A stretch of DNA of 64,000 nucleotides from an uncultured Planctomycetota bacterium. Its GTDB lineage: Bacteria > Planctomycetota > Planctomycetia > Isosphaerales > Isosphaeraceae. Position 1 is the stretch's first letter. Each line of letters starts with the position of its first letter. The stretch spans positions 448,001-512,000 of the forward strand of contig CAWJTV010000011.1 in NCBI GenBank assembly GCA_963845755.1, read 5' to 3'. Under the pieces are notes generated by a model, which worked only from the letters and a program-made list of their open reading frames with translations, was not told where the DNA came from and made no database searches. Shown here piece after piece: positions 31,318 to 41,259 of the stretch. The translations under genes were made by a program, and so were the position numbers.

Positions 31318-32039
31318 CCGCGATCGAACCGCACGCCTCTCATGGCGTTGCTCGGGCCGCCGCCAGGCCGAGCGACGAACGCCGCATGTTCGGGCGTGGC
31401 GCAGCCGAGGTCGACCACGGCGCGAAGCCGCTTTCTGTCGCCCGCCAGGAGCGCGACTGGGTCGAGCCAAAGGCCGGGGAAGACCTCCGAGCGATAGATG
31501 CCGTCAGTGCCGGGCTCCAGGTCGTCGAAGCGACCGTTACGAAGGACAAACCAGAAGACCTCGTCCGGCTCGACGGCGCGAACGATGTATTCCAGCACCC
31601 CAGCCCGCTCATAGTCCTCCAGCTTCGGTCCCAGGTTGACGTACCGGGTCGCCTTCGAGACCTCGACAACCAGCTCCGGCGCGTCGTGGATGTAGCCCTT
31701 GCTGTCGCGGCTCCGGCCGCCGTACTCCGGCAGGATGCGCAACTGCACATCGGGCTGGGGCTCGCTCCGGAAGCTCAGGATCGTCGAGGTATCGATCAGT
31801 GTCTCGATACCAGGGGTGTTCTCCGAATAATAGTCGAGCCAGCCATATGCGGGACCATGGGCACGACCGTGCTCGAGACGCACAGGGCTGGGCATATAGA
31901 CGACTCCATTGATCAGCTCGGCCCGGGTGCCGGGCGGCATCGCCTCGTAGCGCGCGTGGAACGTGGGCTGATCGAGCCGCTGGCCTTCGATCAGAGGCGG
32001 CAATGTGGACATGGGTTTCGGACCTCGCGTCGTACTCAT
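31314..32039 (-). CDS. Uma2 family (DUF820) putative endonuclease
   Basis: AELINGVVYMPSP...H, EPQPD, PELVVEV, K...YE.AGV.EY, SEVFPGLWL. Confidence 0.92.
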   Translation of the reverse strand: MSTTRGPKPMSTLPPLIEGQRLDQPTFHARYEAMPPGTRAELINGVVYMPSPVRLEHGRAHGPAYGWLDYYSENTPGIETLIDTSTILSFRSEPQPDVQLRILPEYGGRSRDSKGYIHDAPELVVEVSKATRYVNLGPKLEDYERAGVLEYIVRAVEPDEVFWFVLRNGRFDDLEPGTDGIYRSEVFPGLWLDPVALLAGDRKRLRAVVDLGCATPEHAAFVARPGGGPSNAMRGVRFDRG

Positions 32040-32128
32040 CGGCACCAGCCTCCCCAGGTATACTATAGACCAGCCGCGCGGCAGGTCAACGATCGCCGAA
32101 CATCCTTCGCCGCACTCGGAGCCGAACC

Positions 32129-33543
32129 GTGAACCTGTCCACCGTGATCCGAGGTGAGCGGTTTGCCTTCGCCGACCTGCGCGCGGTCTTCGCTTCGGCC
32201 AACGAGGAGAAGTCGGGCGACCAGCTCGCCGGGATCGCCGCGCCGACCGAACGCCGGCGCGTCGCCGCCAAGCTGGTGCTGGCCGAGTTGACGCTCGGCG
32301 AGATCGTCGACCATCCGCTGATCGATCCCGACACCGATGAGGTCAGCCGGCTGATCCTCGAATCGCTCGATCCGGGCATCTTCGGGCCCTTCCGCGGCTG
32401 GACCGTGGGCGCGTTTCGCGATTGGGTCCTCGACGACGCCACGACGGGCGAAACCCTGGCCGCGGTCCGGCCGGGCTTGACTCCGGAGGTCGTGGCGGCG
32501 GCGGCCAAGCTGATGGGCAACAAGGACCTCGTCCTGGCCGCGAGCAAGGTGCGGGTCGTCACCCGCTGCCGCAACACGATGGGCCAGCGCGGGGTGCTGG
32601 GCATCCGGATCCAGCCGAACCACCCCCGCGACGACCTGGGCGGCATCCTGCTGTCCGCCGCCGACGGCCTGCTCTTCGGCTGCGGCGACGCGATGATCGG
32701 CGTCAACCCGGCCGCGGAGTCGGTCGACGTCGCCGAGGCGATCCTCCGCGCACTCGACCGCCTCATCACTACGTTCGAGCTCCCCACACAAGCGTGTTGC
32801 CTGGCTCATATCACGACCCAGCTCGACTGCCTCGACCGCGGCGCGCCGGTCAACCTGCTGTTCCAGTCGGTGGCCGGCACCGAGGCGGCCAATGCCAGCT
32901 TCGGGATCAACCTGGAGCTGCTCCGCGAGGGACATCGTCGCGTGATCGAGCACCATCGGGGCCGCGACGTCGCCTGGGCGGCGAGCAGGCGATGTACTTC
33001 GAGACGGGGCAGGGGAGTGCCCTGTCGGCCGGCGCCCATCAGGGCGTCGACCAGCTCACGCTCGAGGCCAGGGCCTACGGCGTGGCCCGGGCGTTCGATC
33101 CGTTCCTGGTCAACAGCGTCGTCGGCTTCATCGGGCCGGAGTACCTGCACGACGAGCGGCAGATCCTCCGCGCCGGGCTGGAGGACCACTTCATGGGCAA
33201 GCTGCTGGGCCTCCCCATGGGCGTGGACGTCTGCTACACCAACCACGCGGCGGCCGACCAGAACTCGGCCGATAACCTCCTCCTGCTCCTGGCGGCGGCC
33301 GGGTGCAACTACTTCATGGGCGTCCCGTGTTCGGATGATGTGATGCTCAATTATCAGTCCACCAGCTACCACGACGCCCTGGCCGTGCGCCGGCTCTTCG
33401 GCCTGCGCCCGGCGCCGGAGTTCGCCGCATGGCTGGAGGCGCGCGGGCTGCCATCCGGCGATCACGCGGCCATCGAGGACGGCCCCGCCCGCCGTCGCAT
33501 GCTGGAAACGCTCGGCCCGATGCTCGAAGGCGCGGAGGGTTGA
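32129..33543 (+). CDS. eutB: Ethanolamine ammonia-lyase large subunit; frameshift at ~32980
   Basis: KSGD.LAG, RIQPNHP.DD, GDAMIGVNP, CCLAH, FQS.AG, YFETGQGSALS, VVGFIGPEY, DVCYTNH, MLNYQSTS.HD. Confidence 0.95.
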
Positions 33544-33546
33544 CCG

Positions 33547-35154
33547 ATGGAACGTGGTCGCGAGACACCGCCGGCCGTCGAGCCCGCGGCCGACGACGAC
33601 GTCCGCCGTCTGCACGCGATGGGCTATGCCCAGGAGCTGGCGCGCCGGCTGGGCGCGTTCTCGAACTTCGCCCTGTCCTTGTCGATCATCTGCATCCTGG
33701 CCGGCGGGGTCACATCGTTCCACCTGGGCCTGTGCAGCGTGGGCGGGGCGTCGATCGGCCTGGGCTGGCCTCTGGTGAGCCTGTTCGCACTGGCGGTCGC
33801 GGCCACGATGGGCCAGCTCGCCTCGACATTCCCGACGGCGGGCGGGTTGTACCACTGGGCGGCGATCCTGGGAGGCCGCGGCTGGGGCTGGACCACCGCC
33901 TGGTTCAACCTCGCCGGGCTGATCACCGTGCTGGCCGCAATCAACGTCGGGACCTATCGGTTCGCGATGGCGGCACTCGGGCCCGGCTGGGTGCCGTCGG
34001 AGTTCGACCTGGCGGCCCAAGCCGTAGGCGTCATCCTGATCACGATGTCCCAGGCGGCCGTCAACCATCTGGGCATCGGCGCGACGGCGAAGCTGACCGA
34101 CTTCAGCGGCTACTGGATTCTCCTGGTGTCCGCGGCGTTGACGGCCGCCCTGCTGACGTTCGCGCCGGCGTGGACCTCTCGCGGCTGGTGAGCTTCCGCA
34201 ACTACAGCGGCTCGGCCGGCGGCGACGTCTGGCCGGCGACCGAGGGAATGGTCCTGCTCTTCGCCCTGGGGGCGCTCTTGCCGGCGTACACGATCACCGG
34301 CTTTGACGCCTCGGCCCACGCCTCGGAGGAGACCCTCGGCGCGTCGGCGAGCGTGCCACGGGGCATCGTCCGCTCGGTGCTGGTCTCGGGGCTGGCGGGA
34401 TGGATCTTCCTCGATGCCGTCGTGCTGGCGGCGCCCAGCCTGGGCGAGGCGGCGGCTCGCGGGGAGGGGGCGTTCCTCTGGATCCTGACCGGCGTGCTCC
34501 CGCATCCGATGGTCGTCGTCCTGTGCGCCGGGATCGTCGTGGCCCAGTACCTCTGCGGGCTTGGCCACGGTGACCTCGGCCTCGCGGATGGCCTATGCCT
34601 TCGCCCGGGACGGCGGCCTGCCCTTCTCGACGGCGGTGCGATGGGTCTGCCCCCGCCGGCGGTCGCCCGCGGTCGCGATCTGGAGTGTCTCCGTCGTCTC
34701 GGTCTTGTTCACGATCCATACTCCGGTCTATTCGACGATCACCGCCGTCTGCACGATCTTCCTCTACGTCTCGTACGTCGTGCCGACCACGCTGGGGGCC
34801 TGGGCGTACGGCCGATCCTGGACGGCGATGGGCCCCTGGGACCTCGGGCGCTGGTACCGGCCCCTGGCCGTGCTCAGCGTGGCCGGCTGTGCCGGTCTGA
34901 TCGCGATCGGGATGCAACCGCCCAACGAGCGCTCGGTCTGGGTCGTCGGCGGCGTCGCCACGGCGCTGGCCGCCGCGTGGTTCGGAGGCGTGCGACGACG
35001 CTTTCCGGGTCCGCCGCATACGGCCCTCCTCGTCGGGCGACAGGCCGCGGCGATCCCCGTTGCCGACCACACAACCCCGGGGTCGATCGGACCGGCTTCG
35101 GTTGACTCTCTCGAACCATCGAGCCATCATCATGACCCCATCACGAATGATTGA
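33547..35154 (+). CDS. APC-family amino acid/amine permease; frameshifts at ~34170 and ~34560
   Basis: MGYAQEL.R....FSNFA, PTAGGLYHW, GFDASAH.SEE, SRMAYAFARDGGLP. Confidence 0.88.
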
Positions 35155-35994
35155 GCAACCGGGCGATTCGGACGACGACACCGGGCTGTCGCCGCCACCG
35201 GGTTCCGCCACGATCCTGGATCGCGTGCGCTCCCGGACCCCGGCGCGAATTCTGGCCGGCCGCGCCGGCTCGTCCTACCGGACCGCGACTTATCTGGAGC
35301 TGCGCCGCGATCATGCGGCGGCGCGCGACGCCGTCCACGCCGAGCTGGACCTGGGGCGCGACCTGGGCCCGGCGTTCGTGGCCGAGTGGGGATTGTTCGA
35401 GATCGCCACGATGGCGAAGACCCGATCGGAGTTCCTGCTGCGGCCCGAACTGGGCCGGTCGCTCGACCCATCGGCCCGGCCCGAGCTGTCCGGCCTCTGC
35501 CCGACCGGCGCCGACATCCAGGTGGCCATCGCCGACGGATTGTCCGCGGTGGCCGTGCGGCGCAGGTCCCCGCGCTGCTCCCCTTGCTGGCGGCGGAGGC
35601 CCGGCGCCGCGGCTGGCGGTTCGGCCGGCCGTTCGCGATCCGCCATGGCCGCGTGGGCGTGCTCAACGACATCGGCGAGGTCCTGGGCCCGGCCGTCGTC
35701 GTGCTCCTGATCGGCGAGCGGCCCGGCCTGGCAACCGCCGAGAGCCTCTCGGCCTACATGGCGTACTGCCCCAGGGCCGGGCACGACGACTCCCGGCGCA
35801 ACCTGATCTCCAACATCCATTCGCGCGGAGTCCCGGTCGACGAAGCGGCTGTCCGGATCGGCCGGCTCGCCGAGCAGATGATCGGGCTTGCGACCAGCGG
35901 CGTCGCGGTCAAGGAACAGGGGGGACTCGTCATGGTCTCGGCCCCGGAACCTCGTCTCCTGGACCGGAAACCCTCGTCCCCCGGGCGTCTCTGA
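35147..35994 (+). CDS. eutC: Ethanolamine ammonia-lyase small subunit; frameshift at ~35563
   Basis: TPARI..GRAG, HAAARDAV, LLRPELGR, ADGLS, LIGERPGL...ESLSAY, RNLISNIH. Confidence 0.93.
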
Positions 35995-36285
35995 GGCGGG
36001 AACACGGGACGCACGGCCGAGGTCTCCGAGACTGTTGCGTGGAAACCGGACGGATCGCGGCGCGGTCACGGACGCACCGGCTCTCCTGAGGGCTCTGCCG
36101 GCTGTCGCCGGCTCCAACCCCAGGAGAGCCCAGTCTCCGGGCCCAAGCTCGACGATCATTCGGTTTCGTTGCATCAGTCTCCAGTTTTCGTCATTTTCCC
36201 CCCTCATGAAGGGGGAGCCAGGAGGGGTGCATTCGCATCGGCACTGGGTATACGTGAGTCAATCGTTAAGCGATCTCGTCAACGG

Positions 36286-39200
36286 TTATCGACCGAGTCT
36301 TCTTGAAACCGGCTGTGACGATGACGGTGTTTGCGTTCGCGATGGCCAAGGAGGGCGCGCCGTTGAGGGGCGCGATGGCCTGATTGTCGCTATTGAAGAA
36401 GTCCAACGTGCCGATCGGGTCGCCGGTCGCCAGGCTATGAGTCCCGACGCGTTGCCCGCCATCGCGGCCGATGTCCTGACCATCGCGGCGCTTGGGGCCG
36501 TCGCCGGGTCGATGAAGATCCCGCTGAGCACCGCGTTCGCGCCGGCCTCGTGCGTGATCGTGATCACCACGTCGCCTTGCATCTTCCAATCCAGATACAC
36601 CCCGCCGGTGAACGACGAGAGCGTCTCGGTGTCCAGGACCGTCCCCGTCGTCGCGTCGCTGATCTGGATCTGTTCGACGCGGCTCGGCGAGCTTTGCAGG
36701 TCGAGCATGTACAGCTCGATGTCGTGCGCCTGTCCGTCGATCAGGTCCAGGTTCACCGTGAAGCTGGTGGTCGAGTACCAGGCCGCCTCGATCCGGCCGG
36801 ATCCGCCCGGGTTCTGCAGCGCCTGGGGTGCGGTCGTGCTGGCCGACCAGATGTGGGTCAATTCGCCGCTGGGCGAGACGGTGGCGTAGGGGGACAGGCT
36901 GGGCGTGTCGCCGATGACGTCGTAGCCCTGCGTGCCGTAGGTCCCGATCCAACTGCCCTGCGTCGTCGTGTCCGTCTTGAGGAACGTGGCCGAGGCGGTC
37001 GCCGCAGGCGGATCGATGAAGATCCCGCTGAGCACCGCGTTGGCGCCGGCCTGGTGCGTGATCGTGATCACCACGTCGCCCTGCACCATCCAATTCAGAT
37101 ACACGCCGTTCGTGAACGACGAGAGCGTCTCGGTGTCCAGGACCGTCCCCGTCGTCGCGTCGCTGATCTGGATCTGCTCGACCCGGCTCGGCGAGCTTTG
37201 CAGGTCGAGCGCGTAGAGTTCGAGGTCGTGCGCCTTCCCGTCGGTCAGGTTCAAGTCCACCGTGAAGCTGGTGGCCGAGTACCAGGCCGCCTCGATCCGG
37301 CCGGATCCGCCCGGGTTCTGAAGCGCCTGGGGTGCGGTCGTGTTGGCCGACCAGACGTGGAGTGTCGCGCCGTTGGCCGCAAGGAGGGCGTAGGAGGGTA
37401 AGCTGGGGGTGTCGTCGATGACGTCGTAGCCCTGCGCGCCGTAGGTCCCGATCCAACTGCCCTCCGTCGTCGTGTCTTTCTGGAGGAACCTGGCCGAGGA
37501 TGTTAGCATCGGCGGATCGATGAAGATCCCGCTGAGCACCGCGTTCGCGCCGGCCTCATGCGTGATCGTGATCATCAGATCGCCTCGCACCACCCAGTTC
37601 AGATACACGCCGTTCGTGAACGACGAGAGTGTCTCGGTGTCCAGGACCGCCCCCGTCGCCGCGTTGCTGATCTGGATCTGTTCGACGCGGCTCGGCGAGC
37701 TTTGCAGGTCGAGCGCATAGAGCTCGATGTCGTGCGCCTGTCCGTCGGTCAGGTCCAGGTTCACCGTGAAGCTGGTGGTCGAGTACCAGGCCGCCTCGAT
37801 CCGGCCGGATCCGCCCGGGTTCTGGAGCGCCTGGGGTGCGGTCGTGCTGGCCGACCAGACGTGGGTCAATTCCCCGCTGGGCGTGACGGTGGCATAGGAG
37901 GGCAAGGCGGCGGTGTCGCCGATGACGTCCTCGCCCTGGGCGCCGTAGGTCCCGATCCAACTGCCCTGCGTCGTCGTGTCCTGCTTGAGGAACACGGCCG
38001 ACGTTGACGTCCCGTTGGAGCTCACGGTCACGGAGGCGGTTCCCGTGATACTCGGAGTGGTCGTGTCCGTCGCCGTGATCGACTGGGCCCCCGACGTCAC
38101 CAACGTCACGGAGAAGGTATGCTGGCCCGCGTCGGTCGCGGTGAAGGGATAGTTGGACGGCAGGACAGCGTGCGGGTCGCTGCTGGTCACGGCAACCGTG
38201 CCGGTATAGCCGGTCGCCACGTTGCCGTAGGCGTCGTAGGCCGTGACGGTGACGCTACCGGCGGTCCCCGAGCTATCGGGATTGGGGAAGCCGGTGAGCG
38301 TGAACGCATGCGCCGCGGCTGGCTGCACGATGAGGCCCGTCTGAGAGCCGGTGATGCTCGAGGAATTCACATCGGTTGCATTCACATTTCTGGTTCCGAC
38401 AGTCTCGAGTGTCACGGAGAAGGTGTGCGTGCCCTGATCGGTGGTGGTGAAGGGATAGTTGGCCGGCAGGACGGCGTGGGGATCGTTGCTGGAGAAGTGG
38501 ACCGTGCCGGTGTAGTTGGTGATCACGTTGCCATAGCGATCCGTGGCGCTGACCGAGAGGTTGTGGGCCGCGCCGGCCGTGGGATTCGTCGGGAACCCAG
38601 CGACGACGAACTTGGAGAGCGCGGCGGCCTGGACGGTGATCCCGGTCTCGCTGCCGGTGACGCTCGACGTGCTCGAGTCGGTGGCGGTGATCGACTGCTG
38701 GCCGGCCGTATCGAGCGTGGCGGTGAACGTCGCCGTCCCCTGGTCCTCGGGGCTCAGGGCGGTGCTGGCCGGTAGGCTCGCCTGGCCGTCGGTGCTGGAG
38801 AACTGGACCGTCCCGGTATAGTTGGTCGCCACGTTGCCAAAGCTGTCGTAGGCCGTGACCGTGAAGGACTGGGACGTGCCGGCGGTGTCGGTGGTCGGGA
38901 AGCCGGTCACCGCGAGCGACTTGGCGCCGCCGGCCTGGACGGAGAGGTTTTCGTCGTCGCCGATGATCTTCGAATTCCCGGTATCCGTCGCCGTGATCGA
39001 CTGGAGAGTGCCGGCGGTCTTGAACGTGATGGCGAAGGTGTGGCTACCGGCATCGGCGGCCGTGAACTTGTAATTCCGCGGTAGCTGAGCCTGGGGGTCC
39101 GTGCTGGTGAACGCGACCGTACCCAGGTAGCCGGTGTCGGTGCCGCCATTGGGGCTCAGCGCCGTGACGGTGAAATCCTCGACATTCCCCGCGGTGCTCA

Positions 39201-41079
39201 CCGCGGGGATGCCGGTGACGCTCAGGAGGTCGGTCGAGCCCGGGGCCGTCTGGCGGATGGTCTCGACGAACGCGTCGCCGGTCTCGCCGTTGGTCCCGTT
39301 GCGATTCTGGTTCATGGCATTGCCGTACCAGTCCTGGATGGCGGGGCCAACCGTCAGCGTGTAGGAGCCGGCGGCGGTCTGGGCGGGGAATGCGATGGTG
39401 AACTCGTGGTCGTTCGAACCGGAGACCGCGCTGATGGTCACCTGGTTGCTGGGGATCACACCGCCGGGCCCGGTGATCTTGACCTGGGCGGCCGTGAAGG
39501 TCGCGGGGTTGATCTCCTCGTTGAAGGTCAACTGCACGGAGCTGAGGCCCGCACTGCTGTTGACCGAGCCGCTGGGGGTGGCCGAGACCACATCGGGGCC
39601 GTCGGTGTTGGCGACGGCGGCCCCCGCGTTCAGGACGCCGCCGGTGGTCACCTTGCCCGCCAGGCGGTAATCGGGCGTGACCGTGTCGAGCACCGCATCG
39701 ATGACCTGGCTCATCGACCAGGAGGGATGTGCGGCCTCGACCAGCGCGATCGTGCCGGTCACCAGCGGCGCCGACATCGACGTGCCGCTGTCGGTACCGT
39801 AGTTGCCGCCCTCCGTCAGGCTATAGACGCCCACTCCGGGGGCAGCCAGTTGGACCGTGCCGGTCCCGTAGTCGGAGAAGGACGCGAGCTGGCCGGAGCT
39901 GCTGGTGGCCGCGACCGCGATCACGTTCGGGTATTGCGCCGAGTAGGATGCCGGCGAGAAGAAGGTGGTGTCATCATCCGCCCCATCGTTGCCGGCGGCC
40001 GCCACGATGATCACGTTGTTCTCGTCGGCATACTGGATCGCGGCGGCGATGGTCGGATCCGTCCCGGTCCCGCCCCAGCTCGCGTTGATCACCTTGGCGC
40101 CGTGCAGCACGGCGTAGTCGATCGCCTCGGCGGCGGCCGTGTCCGAACCATTGCCCGTCGAGTCGAGGAACGACACCGGCATGAGTTGCGTCGTCCAGTC
40201 CACGCCCGTGCCACCGACCCCGTTGTTGCCCACCTCGGCGATCTCGCCCGCCGTGAACGTCCCGTGGCCCTGGTCGTCCATCGGGTTGTTGGTGTTGTTA
40301 ACGTAGTTCCAGCCGATGAAGTCGTTGGGATCCGCCGTGTCGTTGTCCTGGGTGTCCGGCGCGTTGGGATTCACCCAGCCGCCGATGGCCGTCGAGGCGA
40401 GCACGTCGGCCCCGCTGATGATCCCGTCGTTGTTGGTGTCCTCGATCTTCCCGGCCCCCTGATTCACCGAGTTGTTCAGATCCGTGAACGTGATGAATCC
40501 ATCGTGGTTGACGTCCGTCAGGTTGGGGAGCACGCTCGAAGGGATCTCGGGCTGATTGAGCCAGACGTTATCGGCGATGTCGGGAAGGTTGTAGTTGAGG
40601 CCGGTGTCCGTGTCGGCGACGATCACCGAGTTCGAGCCGGTGGTGACGCTCCAGGCCGCCGGGGCATTGATTCCCCAGGGGCCGTTGAGCTGCCACTGGG
40701 AGCCGTTGACATAGACCGGATCGTTGGGGACCGTGAGGTCGTTCACCATCTGCTCGGGGTCGGCGTAGGCGACCGCCGGGTTGGCCGAGAGCACCTGGGC
40801 CAGCGGGCCGATGTTGGCGGCAGGGCCCTGCACCGTGTAGAGCCCGGAGATCGTCGTGGCCTGGACGGTCGCGCCCTCGGCCGCGATCAGGGGCATCAGT
40901 TGCGATAACGCCCCGACAGAGCCCGGCTGGAACTGGAGATTGAGGGTCTCCTGGGCGGGTGCCGGCGCGGGCATCGGGCCCATCACGCCGGACGCCGACA
41001 GCAGGGTCCGGGCCTCCAACTCATCCAGCCTCAGCCCCAGCCCGCTTGCCGCCCGGCGGCGATGCCAACGCGCCGGCAT
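36286..41079 (-). CDS. Large secreted S8 (subtilisin-like) serine protease with Ig-like and repeat domains
   Basis: Planctomycete-type RRR...LDELEARTLLS signal; triad DTDTG / HGTFTAG / SGTSMSAP; AAAGN oxyanion Asn; Thr-rich Ig-like repeats; the true tail may be in the frame ending at 36266. Confidence 0.9.
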   Translation of the reverse strand: MPARWHRRRAASGLGLRLDELEARTLLSASGVMGPMPAPAPAQETLNLQFQPGSVGALSQLMPLIAAEGATVQATTISGLYTVQGPAANIGPLAQVLSANPAVAYADPEQMVNDLTVPNDPVYVNGSQWQLNGPWGINAPAAWSVTTGSNSVIVADTDTGLNYNLPDIADNVWLNQPEIPSSVLPNLTDVNHDGFITFTDLNNSVNQGAGKIEDTNNDGIISGADVLASTAIGGWVNPNAPDTQDNDTADPNDFIGWNYVNNTNNPMDDQGHGTFTAGEIAEVGNNGVGGTGVDWTTQLMPVSFLDSTGNGSDTAAAEAIDYAVLHGAKVINASWGGTGTDPTIAAAIQYADENNVIIVAAAGNDGADDDTTFFSPASYSAQYPNVIAVAATSSSGQLASFSDYGTGTVQLAAPGVGVYSLTEGGNYGTDSGTSMSAPLVTGTIALVEAAHPSWSMSQVIDAVLDTVTPDYRLAGKVTTGGVLNAGAAVANTDGPDVVSATPSGSVNSSAGLSSVQLTFNEEINPATFTAAQVKITGPGGVIPSNQVTISAVSGSNDHEFTIAFPAQTAAGSYTLTVGPAIQDWYGNAMNQNRNGTNGETGDAFVETIRQTAPGSTDLLSVTGIPAVSTAGNVEDFTVTALSPNGGTDTGYLGTVAFTSTDPQAQLPRNYKFTAADAGSHTFAITFKTAGTLQSITATDTGNSKIIGDDENLSVQAGGAKSLAVTGFPTTDTAGTSQSFTVTAYDSFGNVATNYTGTVQFSSTDGQASLPASTALSPEDQGTATFTATLDTAGQQSITATDSSTSSVTGSETGITVQAAALSKFVVAGFPTNPTAGAAHNLSVSATDRYGNVITNYTGTVHFSSNDPHAVLPANYPFTTTDQGTHTFSVTLETVGTRNVNATDVNSSSITGSQTGLIVQPAAAHAFTLTGFPNPDSSGTAGSVTVTAYDAYGNVATGYTGTVAVTSSDPHAVLPSNYPFTATDAGQHTFSVTLVTSGAQSITATDTTTPSITGTASVTVSSNGTSTSAVFLKQDTTTQGSWIGTYGAQGEDVIGDTAALPSYATVTPSGELTHVWSASTTAPQALQNPGGSGRIEAAWYSTTSFTVNLDLTDGQAHDIELYALDLQSSPSRVEQIQISNAATGAVLDTETLSSFTNGVYLNWVVRGDLMITITHEAGANAVLSGIFIDPPMLTSSARFLQKDTTTEGSWIGTYGAQGYDVIDDTPSLPSYALLAANGATLHVWSANTTAPQALQNPGGSGRIEAAWYSATSFTVDLNLTDGKAHDLELYALDLQSSPSRVEQIQISDATTGTVLDTETLSSFTNGVYLNWMVQGDVVITITHQAGANAVLSGIFIDPPAATASATFLKTDTTTQGSWIGTYGTQGYDVIGDTPSLSPYATVSPSGELTHIWSASTTAPQALQNPGGSGRIEAAWYSTTSFTVNLDLIDGQAHDIELYMLDLQSSPSRVEQIQISDATTGTVLDTETLSSFTGGVYLDWKMQGDVVITITHEAGANAVLSGIFIDPATAPSAAMVRTSAAMAGNASGLIAWRPATRSARWTSSIATIRPSRPSTARPPWPSRTQTPSSSQPVSRRLGR
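36505..37997 (-). repeat. Three tandem intragenic repeats with ~504-bp period
   Basis: DTTT(Q/E)GSWIGTYG...GANAVLSGIFIDP occurs three times with near-identical DNA. Confidence 0.92.
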
Positions 41080-41259
41080 CCCGATTCGAAGCCCGCGACC
41101 GATGGTCTTCCCCACCCAATCGAGGTTCACGATGCCGGGGGAACGACGGCCATGATGCGACATGATGATGCAACTCCCTTGTTCCGATCCGATCTCGATG
41201 ATGCGATAGAACCCATCGCGTCGGCGCGAGTCCAGGCCGGACCGGGGCCCACGGCTTTT

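Noticed and set aside
32040..32128. Cobalamin riboswitch ahead of eutB
   Set aside because: The interval is under 100 bp and lacks a B12-box consensus.
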